The notes under the pieces are model-generated. The model was given only the letters and a program-made list of their open reading frames with translations. It searched no databases and was not told the DNA's origin. Below, one piece after another: positions 51,001-60,701 of a DNA stretch of 64,000 nt; the first letter of the stretch is position 1, and every line of letters begins with the position of its first letter. The position numbers were made by a program, and so were the translations under genes. Location of the stretch: IMG/VR virus record IMGVR_UViG_3300020045_012925. One strand, 5' to 3'. This DNA is from an uncultured virus (IMG/VR IMGVR_UViG_3300020045_012925). Lineage: Duplodnaviria > Heunggongvirae > Uroviricota > Caudoviricetes.

Positions 51001-51285
51001 AAAGGCAAAAATGCCGGGTATGTAATTATGACGTAATAATTAGGGGGGGTGCCTTTTATATAACGTATGACGTATACATATAACTCTAACTTAGTTATCT
51101 CTCTAACTATATATATATATATTAGAGTAGAGTAGAGTTTTAAGTTATCTCTCTATCTAACTATATATATATAATAATAAACACTAATCTATTAAGACCA
51201 CCCCCTATATTAAAAAATCACCCCCCCTGAAAAGGGTACCCCCTCAATTATTACGTCATAATTGGTACACGCAGGTTTTTGATTT
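51001..51285. repeat. ~55-bp imperfect inverted repeats enclosing (TA)n tracts: candidate origin or terminus
   Basis: Perfect 18-bp core AATTATGACGTAATAATT 51024-41 / 51246-63; internal AGTTATCTCTCTA..ACTATATATATATA twice. Confidence 0.75.
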
Positions 51286-52107
51286 CGTAATAGTTAGACG
51301 CTGAAAGGTGCATGAACAGCGGATCTCCCAAAAGGCGGGTAAGGCTGGCGATGTTAGGTAAGACTCAAAAATAGACTGTATGACGTATAATAGGGTAAGG
51401 TATACAATAATGTATGACGTAATAATAGGGTAATGTATACGAAACTTAGGATAGGCTAAGATTGTTATTTGAAACTCCCTGGCACAATACTTGCTGTTGA
51501 TTTTTTATCAAAAATGGCCCTTTCGCCCCTTTTGCCTTGTAATATATTACTGTCTAATCGCCCATTTTCGTTATTTTCACCAATTAATCACTCTTCCAAA
51601 TTATAGAAAATCTCTACAATTACTGGATTTTTACATATTATAAGGTTTATTAATCTTTACAGAGTAACAAATCAATTCCTATTTACAAATTATAATGGTT
51701 AATAATTAGCTGGATTACATAATTGAGACGGATTTCAAGATATGTGGATCGGGCGAAGCCCCCCCCCCGTTTGTGAAAGGTTGACTGTAGGTGGTGCCTG
51801 GTCTGGTTCTGGTGGTTATGGTTTTGTTTGTTCCATTGTGCCTGGTATGGTCCTGTTTCCCGGGTATAGGGTGCCTGTGCCTGGTCCAGGGTAAGGCTAT
51901 TAAGGGCGAAGCCCTTGCCATTGGCTTTATCATTATATAAAGGGATTGTTTCAGGTGGAACAGGGTAAGGCTGTTTTAGGGCTTTAGAAGGGTGAAGGGT
52001 GAAGGGGCTATAATGGTATACGTTAATGGTCAAAGGGCGTGAAATAGGCTATTAATGGCTTTAAATCAAACAGCCTGTCCCTGTGCCTGGGTGGCCTGTT
52101 CCTAAAT

Positions 52108-52148
52108 AAAAAAGCCCGCCTGACCCTGGGAAGGATCAAACAGGCTTT
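52108..52148 (-). terminator. Intrinsic terminator
   Basis: Minus strand AAGCCTGTTTGATCCT-TCCC-AGGGTCAGGCGGGCTT then T run. Confidence 0.75.
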
Positions 52149-52170
52149 ATCCGGTTTACTGTTTAAACTG

Positions 52171-52659
52171 TTATGCCATAATCTGGCTTATTTCATTCGG
52201 ATAAACCATAGTCAACAAAGTTCTGATTTCTTCATCTGATTTTCCTTGTGACCGTAAAACGGTCAACATAACCGTTCCGGCCTTAATATTCGCCTGTGCC
52301 TGAATATCAGATACGGTAACTTTCATTTGTGGCCTGGTCATAATTTCCCAGCCGAAGGCATCCACTTGCTTTTGGCCCATTCCATTTGACCATGTTTCAG
52401 TTTTTTTGCAGGCCTTAAATCTGGCCCGGCAATCAATAACATGTTTTTGGATACCTTTCTGTAATACCGAATGTAGGCATCCTGTCTTCCTGGCCCAATC
52501 TACCAAATTATCTTCGTCTTCAAATTGTTTGGATGAAGGGAATTGTTCTCTTGGTAAAAAATGCTTTTGCATCTTCGGCACCTGGCCGGGCACACTTGTT
52601 TCTGTTTCCAGGGTATCTAACAATGTAAAGATTGACTGACTTGTTTTTTCGGTTTCCAT
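52171..52659 (-). CDS. Hypothetical early protein (first leftward gene)
   Basis: Start METEK with AGGAG RBS; two upstream promoters and own terminator. Confidence 0.6.
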   Translation of the reverse strand: METEKTSQSIFTLLDTLETETSVPGQVPKMQKHFLPREQFPSSKQFEDEDNLVDWARKTGCLHSVLQKGIQKHVIDCRARFKACKKTETWSNGMGQKQVDAFGWEIMTRPQMKVTVSDIQAQANIKAGTVMLTVLRSQGKSDEEIRTLLTMVYPNEISQIMA

Positions 52660-52704
52660 TTTTAATTCTCCTTTGATTAATGTTTTTGACTTCACCTAAC
52701 TATT

Positions 52705-52733
52705 ATACTAATCCAAACAGTTAAGTTTGTCAA
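52705..52733 (-). promoter_or_regulatory. Sigma70-type promoter
   Basis: TTGACA-17 bp-TAGTAT. Confidence 0.7.
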
Positions 52734-52807
52734 ATGGTTTGTTATTCATAAATTTTAAAAGACTAAAACTTTTGAATAACCCAAATCTATTTGTTATTCA
52801 TGGTTTC

Positions 52808-52836
52808 ATTATCTCAAAACTTTTCCGGTTTGTCAA
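52808..52836 (-). promoter_or_regulatory. Sigma70-type promoter
   Basis: TTGACA-17 bp-GATAAT. Confidence 0.7.
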
Positions 52837-53232
52837 GATTTATTTTTCTATAACTTTTTGTTGTCCCTAACTTTTGTGTCCCTGTTCTGGTATGGCTGTA
52901 CATATTCCTTGAGTATACCATATTGGTGTAATGGATGCCTCGGTTCTATATAACAGTATACCTTTTTTATATACATTTTTGGAATTTCATATTTTAAATG
53001 CCGGCATATTTTATTGGAATCCAGTTATTTTAAATGCCAATAATTTAGTGAAAAGAATAAGTTTGAACCATTCAAGATTTATTGTTTCCAAGATTAGTTG
53101 TATCCCGGTGAGTTATAATAAATAATGTTTTGTTCACACCATGAACGGGCCATTATTATATAGCCGGGCCGGGAATATGAATGCCGGCAAAAGTTACCAA
53201 ATAAACCTTTTTGCCACAATCAATATTTACCC

Positions 53233-53261
53233 TTGACACCTATATTTATCCCATATAAAAT
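53233..53261 (+). promoter_or_regulatory. Sigma70-type promoter for packaging/structural operon
   Basis: TTGACA-17 bp-TAAAAT. Confidence 0.75.
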
Positions 53262-53311
53262 ATAGTAACATACAAAAATTTATTCTTACCTTTTATATAG
53301 GCAAACTTCCT

Positions 53312-53923
53312 GTGGCACAAAACACTTCTCAATATTCCAAATTAAAGGAGCTAAAAACTCAGCATAGAACCATATGCCAAATGTCTTTCAATGGGTTTAC
53401 TAATAACGAAATCTCCGAAAAGATGGGCATGTCGACGTGCACGATATCTTGTATTCTTCGCAGCCCATTAGGGGAAGCCTACATTAGTGGTTTACATGAT
53501 CGAGTGCAAGAACAAACAATTGACGTGCGCAAGCAATTGATTGGAATGAATAAGGATGCCTTATCAGCTATAAGTCGAATACTCGATCCGAAACAAAAAG
53601 CTCCGTTTAATGTTCAATTAACCGCTGCAAAAGATGTATTGGATCGCAATGGTTATAAAGCTCCAGATCGCATTAACGTAGACATGTTTGTACAAAAAAC
53701 TGATTTAGAAATTGATGCAGAAATAGCAGCTATGGAAGCAGCTATAGCAAGAACTCAACATAAGTCATCAGATATCGTTCCTCCTAATGATGAAATAATG
53801 CCTAATAATAATTCATTCAAAGTATCCGCTTTAGCTGCTTCCATTCCACTTGACATACCTGAAGAAGTATCCACAAAGTTAAATGATCCTTCTTTTGATC
53901 CATTCAAAAATATTGAGTTATAA
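53312..53923 (+). CDS. terS: Terminase small subunit (N-terminal HTH)
   Basis: GFTNNEISEKMGMSTCTIS HTH; 'AAKDVLDRNGYK'; precedes terL. Confidence 0.7.
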   Translation: MAQNTSQYSKLKELKTQHRTICQMSFNGFTNNEISEKMGMSTCTISCILRSPLGEAYISGLHDRVQEQTIDVRKQLIGMNKDALSAISRILDPKQKAPFNVQLTAAKDVLDRNGYKAPDRINVDMFVQKTDLEIDAEIAAMEAAIARTQHKSSDIVPPNDEIMPNNNSFKVSALAASIPLDIPEEVSTKLNDPSFDPFKNIEL

Positions 53924-53925
53924 CT

Positions 53926-55395
53926 ATGCCTGATTTATCCACTATGAGCAGGGATGAAAAAGAGCATTATCTAAAATTACTGAAAACCAAAAACATTAGG
54001 TTAAAGCAAAATAAGATAGCTCAATTCTTTCCTGAAGACGGTCCACTTAGTAGGCACAACTATCCCAAGCATATGGAATTCTTTCGGGCAGGCAAGAAAT
54101 TTCCCCAGCGCTGTATCATGGCAGCAAACCGAATAGGAAAGTCAGAATCAATCGGCGCGTATGAAACTACTTGTCACCTCACAGGAAGATATCCTAATTG
54201 GTGGGAGGGAATCCGCTTCAATCGGCCGATAAATTGCTGGGTAGCGGGAACTACTGGAACAACAGCCCGAGACATTGTACAATACAAACTAATCGGGCCA
54301 CCTGAAGAATTTGGAACAGGTTTAATCCCTGAGAAATACATAATCAAGACAACACCAAAAGCCGGCGGTGTACCAAATGCAGTAGACACAATATTAATCA
54401 AGCATATTTCAGGTGGTATGAGCAGATGCAAAATTAAGTCCTATGCTGAAGGTAGGAAGTCATTTGAAGGTACAGAGCAAGATTTAATTTGGCTTGATGA
54501 AGAATGTCCCATAGACATATACACTGAATGCCTTACTCGAACAATGACAACTAACGGATTAATTATGTTAACATTCACCCCGTTAGAAGGTATGACTGAG
54601 ACGGTTTTACAATTCATGCCGGATGGTCAATTGATAGAAAACCAATCAGGTGGTAAGTGCCTAATCACTGCTACTTGGGATGATGCTCCACACCTAACTA
54701 AATTACAGAAAGAAACCCTTTACAATGCCTTACCGCCTCATCAGCGAGAAGCAAGATCAAAGGGTGTTCCTCAATTAGGCTCAGGTGCAATTTATCCAAT
54801 TCTCGAATCAAATATTACTGTAGAAGATTTTGCCATTCCCAAACATTGGCTTCACTGTTATGCTATGGATGTCGGCTGGAATAGAACTGCAGCAATTTGG
54901 GCAGCCACAGATCCTACGACAAAAATAACTTATTTATATTCCGAATATTATCAAGGTAACGCTGAACCGATTATCCACGCTGAAGGAATAAAATCCAGAG
55001 GTGCTTGGATACCCGGAGTGATTGATCATGCCGCGCATGGACGCAGTCAAGTAGATGGACAAAACCTTTTTGACATTTATTACAATTTGGGTTTAGACAT
55101 ATCTAATGCAAACAAAGCTGTCGAAGCTGGCATATACACCGTGTGGCAATTATTATCTACAAACAGACTAAAAGTTTTTCGTTCTCTCGGTTGTTGGTTT
55201 ACAGAGTTCAGGCAATATTGCCGGGATGTGGATGGAAAAATAATGAAGAAGAACGACCACCTGATGGACTGTACAAGGTATTTGATTATGTCAGGTTTGG
55301 ATCGTGCAATATCTCGACCATATTGGGAATTCGAAGCTTGGGAAGAAAGTGATATATCATCAACGCGTGAATGTAACGCAATTACTGGATATTAA
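53926..55395 (+). CDS. terL: Terminase large subunit
   Basis: AANRIGKS Walker A, WLDEE Walker B, TFTP coupling motif, MDVGW and NDHLMDCTRY nuclease. Confidence 0.93.
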   Translation: MPDLSTMSRDEKEHYLKLLKTKNIRLKQNKIAQFFPEDGPLSRHNYPKHMEFFRAGKKFPQRCIMAANRIGKSESIGAYETTCHLTGRYPNWWEGIRFNRPINCWVAGTTGTTARDIVQYKLIGPPEEFGTGLIPEKYIIKTTPKAGGVPNAVDTILIKHISGGMSRCKIKSYAEGRKSFEGTEQDLIWLDEECPIDIYTECLTRTMTTNGLIMLTFTPLEGMTETVLQFMPDGQLIENQSGGKCLITATWDDAPHLTKLQKETLYNALPPHQREARSKGVPQLGSGAIYPILESNITVEDFAIPKHWLHCYAMDVGWNRTAAIWAATDPTTKITYLYSEYYQGNAEPIIHAEGIKSRGAWIPGVIDHAAHGRSQVDGQNLFDIYYNLGLDISNANKAVEAGIYTVWQLLSTNRLKVFRSLGCWFTEFRQYCRDVDGKIMKKNDHLMDCTRYLIMSGLDRAISRPYWEFEAWEESDISSTRECNAITGY

Positions 55396-55398
55396 TAA

Positions 55399-57513
55399 AT
55401 GGCTATGTTAGAAGAAAATCTTGATCCTTCCCAGCTTGTTATGGAACCACAATCCGAGGGAATGCCGAATATTTGGGCAGAAGAAACTCCAGTAGAAGAC
55501 ATAATCAATCCGCCTGCACAAGATATGGATATCGACATTAAGGTTGAAGAAGAACTTTTGTCTGCTGAAGCAATGTTGATGCTAACAAATCTTGCAGACA
55601 AACAATCTAAGGAAGTAATCACCGATCTGACGACCAAAGTATTTGAAGGATATAAAATTGATTTAGATTCCCGAACTGAATGGGAAGAACTAAATAAGCA
55701 GATCATTGATCTTATAAAGCTCTTAGTAAAGAAGAAAACATACGCTGGTGATGTTGTAGCGAATATTAAGTATCCCCTAATCACCAATGCATGTATTCAA
55801 TTTGCAGCTCGGGCATATCCTGAAATAATAAAAGGTAATGATGTTGTAAAAGGTAAAGTAATTGGCAATGATCCTAATGGCCTAAAGTTTGATCGCGCCC
55901 AAAGAATTTCTAACTTCATGTCCTATCAGGTTCTCAATGATATGGAAGATTGGGAAGAAGGTGTGGATCAGTTATTATTTACTTTACCTGCAATAGGTTG
56001 CGCGTTCAAAAAAACTTACTTTGATGCAATTGAGAAGCAGCACGTATCTAAGATGATATTCGCTGACGATTTGGTTGTAAATTATTTTACTCCATCAATT
56101 GATCGGGCTCCCAGAATTACTCATCGCATATATCTTTATCAAAACGAAATAGTTAGTCGCATAAATTCCGGGATGTTTACAAAGTTTGATGTGGCCGAAT
56201 TAGGTCAGGCAACTTCAGAATCAGGTCAGGCAGACGATGAAACACCACATTTATTTTTGGAACAACATCGCTGGTATGATTTAGACAAAGATGGTTATCA
56301 AGAACCTTATGTTGTTACAGTCCATTATGAAACACAAAGATTAGTTAGGATTGTTCCAAGATTTGCTTCAGATGGAATTATTCGCGCTGACAATGGTAAG
56401 ATTATAAAAATTAATCCAGAGCAATATTTTACCAGGTTCTTATTTATGCCGGCCATAGATGGTGGATTTTATGGTATGGGCTTTGGAAGTTTATTACTTA
56501 GTACAAACTCCGCAGTAAACACCATAACCAATCAATTATTAGACTCTGGAACATTATCAAATCGGCAGTCAGGATTCCTTGGTAGGGGATTACGATTAAC
56601 TAAAGGCAAATCAATTCAGCTTGGTGTTGGAGAATGGAAGCCAGTAGAATCCACTGGGGATGATATTCGTAAGAACGTTTTCCCAATGCCGGTACGCGAA
56701 CCAAGTCCTGTATTATTCCAGTTGTTAGGTATGCTAATCGATGCTGGTAAAGAATTATCCGGCATGACTGAAATATTATCCGGTCAAAGTCCAGGCGCTA
56801 ATGTGCCTGCTGAATCTGTTTTGGCATTAATCGAACAAGGCTTGCAAGTATATTCTGCCATCCATAAACGGATTCATAGATCACAATATAAAGAGTTTCA
56901 AAAGTTAAGAAGGTTAAATGCTCTTTATTTGGATCAAATGTTTTATAGCTCCGTATTAGATGATGAAGCTGCTATTGTGCAGTCTGACTTTTTTGCAAAA
57001 GATTTTGATATTGTACCTGTATCAGATCCTAACTCTACCACAATGATGCAGCGCATACTTAAAGCTAAGGCCATGTTAGAATTAAGGGGCCAGGGATTAA
57101 ATGATCAAGAAATCCTCAAGCGTTATCTATTATCCATGGATATTGAAGATATTGATATGATCATACCTAAGGAAGAACAAGAAAATCCGATGGAGCAATT
57201 ATCTTTGCAGAAACTCCAATTAGAGCTGGAAGAACTTTCAAGTAAGATTAAAAATTTGGATGCAGATACTGAGTTGATATTGGCAAAAGTTCAGACTGAA
57301 TCAATAGAGCCTGATAGAAAACTTTCGGGCATTACCAATGACAAGGATAAACTAACCTTACAGGGACTGTCTGCATTTAATCAGATGCAACATAATGATA
57401 AAAAGTTAGGATTAGAAGATAAGAAAATCGGCGTTCAACAAGTGAACAAGATTAATCAAAATACAAACTTTATGAAAAGAGAATACGGTTTAGAAACTAA
57501 TAATCAGGAATAA
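55399..57513 (+). CDS. Portal protein
   Basis: 704 aa after terL; 'YPLITNACIQFAAR', 'GCAFKKTYFD', 'GFYGMG', 'NQLLDSGTLSN'. Confidence 0.88.
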   Translation: MAMLEENLDPSQLVMEPQSEGMPNIWAEETPVEDIINPPAQDMDIDIKVEEELLSAEAMLMLTNLADKQSKEVITDLTTKVFEGYKIDLDSRTEWEELNKQIIDLIKLLVKKKTYAGDVVANIKYPLITNACIQFAARAYPEIIKGNDVVKGKVIGNDPNGLKFDRAQRISNFMSYQVLNDMEDWEEGVDQLLFTLPAIGCAFKKTYFDAIEKQHVSKMIFADDLVVNYFTPSIDRAPRITHRIYLYQNEIVSRINSGMFTKFDVAELGQATSESGQADDETPHLFLEQHRWYDLDKDGYQEPYVVTVHYETQRLVRIVPRFASDGIIRADNGKIIKINPEQYFTRFLFMPAIDGGFYGMGFGSLLLSTNSAVNTITNQLLDSGTLSNRQSGFLGRGLRLTKGKSIQLGVGEWKPVESTGDDIRKNVFPMPVREPSPVLFQLLGMLIDAGKELSGMTEILSGQSPGANVPAESVLALIEQGLQVYSAIHKRIHRSQYKEFQKLRRLNALYLDQMFYSSVLDDEAAIVQSDFFAKDFDIVPVSDPNSTTMMQRILKAKAMLELRGQGLNDQEILKRYLLSMDIEDIDMIIPKEEQENPMEQLSLQKLQLELEELSSKIKNLDADTELILAKVQTESIEPDRKLSGITNDKDKLTLQGLSAFNQMQHNDKKLGLEDKKIGVQQVNKINQNTNFMKREYGLETNNQE

Positions 57514-57529
57514 TTAGAAAGGAATAATA

Positions 57530-57948
57530 ATGGAAAAATTCATTAGTATAGCTATGGTTGAAGCTTTTGAAATGTCTCGTAAAGATTATAATATTTATCG
57601 TGGTTGGGAATTACCTAAAGATGAAAATGGAGATGATAAAGGATATCTTGTAGAACTTTTCAATGTAGGCAAATCAAATCATCCTGATCATGAGGGATAT
57701 ATTTCTTGGAGTCCAAAAGAAGTTTTTGAAAAAATGTATCGTAAAGCTGAAGGTATATAGATAAAAGCGTATGTAGAACTGGCTGGAATGGAAAAGGTAT
57801 GTATATTTATCTTGATAAGATTATGCAGCTTGATAAAGAACCTATTTGTCCCTTTATTTCAATGCACAATGCCCAAGGTGAATGTCAACCAGGCTGGCTT
57901 GCATCCCAGGCTGATATTTTAGCAGAAGATTGGATTATATTAAATTAA
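57530..57948 (+). pseudogene. Frameshifted fusion of a conserved phage domain with DUF2829/Tad2-like anti-Thoeris domain
   Basis: 57530-57760 YNIYRGW..GYLVE..YISWSPKEVFE; -1 frame 57760-57948 DKSVCRTGWNGKGMYIYL..QPGWLASQADILAEDW. Confidence 0.7.
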
Positions 57949-57950
57949 AA

Positions 57951-58402
57951 ATGAAAAAACAAATACGCATAAGTATTTCTCAAGATGAATTAACATCAAT
58001 TCCATGCAAGGCTATAGAAGCCTTTTTAATTGGCAAATTATCCTCTGCTGGCATACCAGTTGAAGGTATAATCTTATTCGGTGGCGTATCAACTGGCAGA
58101 CTAACATGCTGGGAGAGCTTATCCGATAAAAAGGTTAACTACTTATGGGAATATGACGCATGATTATTACTCCAGAAGCATTTGCCGAATGGCAAGCACA
58201 TCCTGTGACAAGAGAAATTATCGGAGCAATAAAATCTTCGAAGCAAACCTTAATGGAAAGCTTTGCTAATGGTGTAACATTATCCCAATCCGCGGATATA
58301 ACACATGGTTTGACGCACAAATTAGTTGGTCAAATAGAAGGTTTGAACCAATTATTAAATATTACAATAGATAACGATGTAAAGGAATCAGAAAATGAAT
58401 GA
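57951..58402 (+). CDS. Two small hypothetical genes (57951-58163, 58160-58402)
   Basis: Coupled ORFs; second has 'EWQAHPVT' motif common after portals. Confidence 0.5.
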
Positions 58403-58706
58403 AGCAAAAATAATGCCTACAGGCGGGCATGTGTTAATTAAACCTAATAAGGTAGAAGAAGTAACTAAGGGCGGAATAATTTTGACGCAAACTACTCGGG
58501 ATTCTGAACAGGCAGCCGCTACACTGGGTCAAGTAATAACTATCGGACCTAATGCTTGGAAAGATATCGATGATGGTCTTCCATGGTGTAAGGAAGGAGA
58601 TAAAGTTAGTTATGCCAAATATGCCGGAGTATCCATGCTCGGGGCAGACAAAGAAAATTATGTCCTCATAAATGATACTGACATTTTAGCAGTTTTAGAT
58701 TTTTAA
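58395..58706 (+). CDS. groES: GroES-like co-chaperonin
   Basis: PTGGHVLIK..EEVTKGGIIL..GQVITIGP..GDKVSYAKYAG..LINDTDILAV. Confidence 0.9.
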   Translation: MNEAKIMPTGGHVLIKPNKVEEVTKGGIILTQTTRDSEQAAATLGQVITIGPNAWKDIDDGLPWCKEGDKVSYAKYAGVSMLGADKENYVLINDTDILAVLDF

Positions 58707-58720
58707 CTTAGGGGAAGATT

Positions 58721-59638
58721 ATGATTGAAGAATTTATTACAGATATCATTGCAGCCTCTACAGTAGAGGAACCAGCCAAGGCTGAAGAAACCCAAATAAA
58801 TGTACAATCAAAAGAAGCAGAAACTACAACAATAAACGATACTCCAAATAATCTTGATAACCAACAATCCGATGTTTCAGTAGAATCTTTAGCAAAACAA
58901 CTCGGATGGACTCCAGATCATAAGGGAGACTCATATGTCGATGCGGCTACTTATATTTTAAAGTCCCGCGATATTCAGGCTTCTATGAAAGATCACAATA
59001 AAGATCTTAAAAATCAACTCTCAACCATGCAGGGTTCCATAGAAGCTTTAAAGATTCACAATGAACGCGTATACAAAACTGAACTTACTCGTCTCCAGCA
59101 AGAATTAAAAGAATTAACCCAGAAGAAAAAAGCTGCCGTCGAACTTGCTGATGTAGATACTGTAGATCAATTAGATGCTCAAATCGATTCTGTTAAACAA
59201 TCAATTAATGAGCCTGTACCTCAAACAGTATCTACAACTAATCCGGTTTTTGATGAATGGATTAAAGACAATTCCTGGTATTTAACTGATACTGAAATGG
59301 CAGGTTATGCTGATCAGATAGCTCAGCAATATATAGGCGCGCCACCAGATCGGATTTATAAAGCAGTTAGAAATAAAGTGGCTGAAATTTGGCCTGAAAA
59401 GTTTGAACCTTCCAAATCAGATAAAACAACCCAAGGTAAGCTTAATGAATTAAATCAAACAAAACTAATTGGGCCGGCAAGTCCAGTAGAAGGTGCATCA
59501 CATACAAAAACCTCAGCTAAGTTTACTAAGGCAGATTTAACGCCTGAACAAATTTCAATTATGAAACAATTTACTGGCGCAGGAATAATGACTGAAGACC
59601 AGTATATAAATGATATTGCAAAATTACAGGGAGCCTAA
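58721..59638 (+). CDS. Scaffolding protein
   Basis: Acidic N-terminus, 'AKQLGW', coiled coil, 'WIKDNSWY'; upstream of capsid genes. Confidence 0.65.
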   Translation: MIEEFITDIIAASTVEEPAKAEETQINVQSKEAETTTINDTPNNLDNQQSDVSVESLAKQLGWTPDHKGDSYVDAATYILKSRDIQASMKDHNKDLKNQLSTMQGSIEALKIHNERVYKTELTRLQQELKELTQKKKAAVELADVDTVDQLDAQIDSVKQSINEPVPQTVSTTNPVFDEWIKDNSWYLTDTEMAGYADQIAQQYIGAPPDRIYKAVRNKVAEIWPEKFEPSKSDKTTQGKLNELNQTKLIGPASPVEGASHTKTSAKFTKADLTPEQISIMKQFTGAGIMTEDQYINDIAKLQGA

Positions 59639-59640
59639 TC

Positions 59641-60048
59641 ATGGTAGACCAAACCAATATAGAAAAGCCAAGTGCTAACAATAGGAAACGTGTTCCACTT
59701 GGGACAAGAAATGTATTAACTGCACCGAAGAAATCCGGATTCGTGCGCCGATATGTAAATGATGAGCCAGATCGTATTCAAATGTTCAAAGATGCTGGCT
59801 ACGTTGTAGTGGATGAAAACTTACCAGTAGGTGATCCTAAAATCGGACAGGCTTCAAGCTTGGGAAGCATTACAAATCCATCTGTAGGTGGAGGAAAGAA
59901 GGCTATACTTATGGAAATTAAACAGGAATATTATGATGAAGACCAAGCTGCTAAGGTTGCCAAGATTAAGAAGATCGAAGATGAGATGAAACGCAATACT
60001 CGTCCCAGTTCCGATGCAGAGAACTTTGGTAAAGTTTCAATTTCTTAA
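59641..60048 (+). CDS. Conserved head-module hypothetical protein
   Basis: 'GFVRRYVND..RIQMFKDAGY..ILMEI' motif. Confidence 0.55.
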   Translation: MVDQTNIEKPSANNRKRVPLGTRNVLTAPKKSGFVRRYVNDEPDRIQMFKDAGYVVVDENLPVGDPKIGQASSLGSITNPSVGGGKKAILMEIKQEYYDEDQAAKVAKIKKIEDEMKRNTRPSSDAENFGKVSIS

Positions 60049-60078
60049 CTAATTTTATTTATTTTATGGAGTTTTATT

Positions 60079-60666
60079 ATGGCAAATTCTGATGCTCCGT
60101 CCGGATTTAAACCAGTTAAACATTTAAATGGTAATCCCTGGAACGGAAAAGTAAATGTGTATTATATTCCAGCTACTGATGGTACGGCCACTTTCATCGG
60201 TGATGCTGTTAAGTCTGCTGGATCAGCTACTTCCGATGGCTTATATCCTACTGTGGCTCAGGCTGCTGCTGGAGATGCTATTCGAGGTATTGTAATAGGA
60301 TTTTCTGATCAACCTTATATTTCTGTTAATACAGATAATTTGAATGAAAAATATCGTGCAGCTTCTGTGGCCAGATATGCTTTTGTTGTAGATGATCCGG
60401 ATGTAATTTTTGAAGTTCAAGAAGATAGTGATGGTGGTTCTATCGCTGCAGCTTCTGTAGGTTTATCTTGTGATTTTGTTGTAGGTTCTGGATCTACTGT
60501 TACAGGCAAATCTGCGATGGAAGTTGATTCTTCTGATGTAGGAACTGCTGCCGGGCAGTTTAAACTTTTGCGGGTCTCAAATAAAGTTGGGAATGAACTT
60601 GGTAATTATTGCAAATGGGAAGTATTGTTCCGCGAACATGAAATGCTGGCAGCTACTGACGTTTAA
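60079..60666 (+). CDS. Capsid decoration/cement protein
   Basis: MANSDAPSGFKPV..FIGDAV..VVDDPDVIFEVQ; immediately before MCP. Confidence 0.65.
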   Translation: MANSDAPSGFKPVKHLNGNPWNGKVNVYYIPATDGTATFIGDAVKSAGSATSDGLYPTVAQAAAGDAIRGIVIGFSDQPYISVNTDNLNEKYRAASVARYAFVVDDPDVIFEVQEDSDGGSIAAASVGLSCDFVVGSGSTVTGKSAMEVDSSDVGTAAGQFKLLRVSNKVGNELGNYCKWEVLFREHEMLAATDV

Positions 60667-60701
60667 TTAATTTCAGTAACTACAATTAAGGAGATATTAA
60701 A

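Noticed and set aside
51393..51970. KOPS sites read by the FtsK-gamma-like domain
   Set aside because: GGGTAAGG is one mismatch from GGGNAGGG and the domain lacks the usual basic recognition residues; too speculative
50581..52033. ORFs 50581-50868, 51683-52033, 51715-51933
   Set aside because: No clear RBS; Pro/His-rich composition explained by the G-rich + strand repeats
50360..52100. CRISPR array or mini-array
   Set aside because: Repeats are short, degenerate and irregularly spaced; no constant repeat-spacer period
57758..57760. TAG stop-codon reassignment/readthrough
   Set aside because: The Tad2-like continuation is in another frame, core genes are intact in code 11, and the tRNA anticodon UAA reads Leu, not a stop
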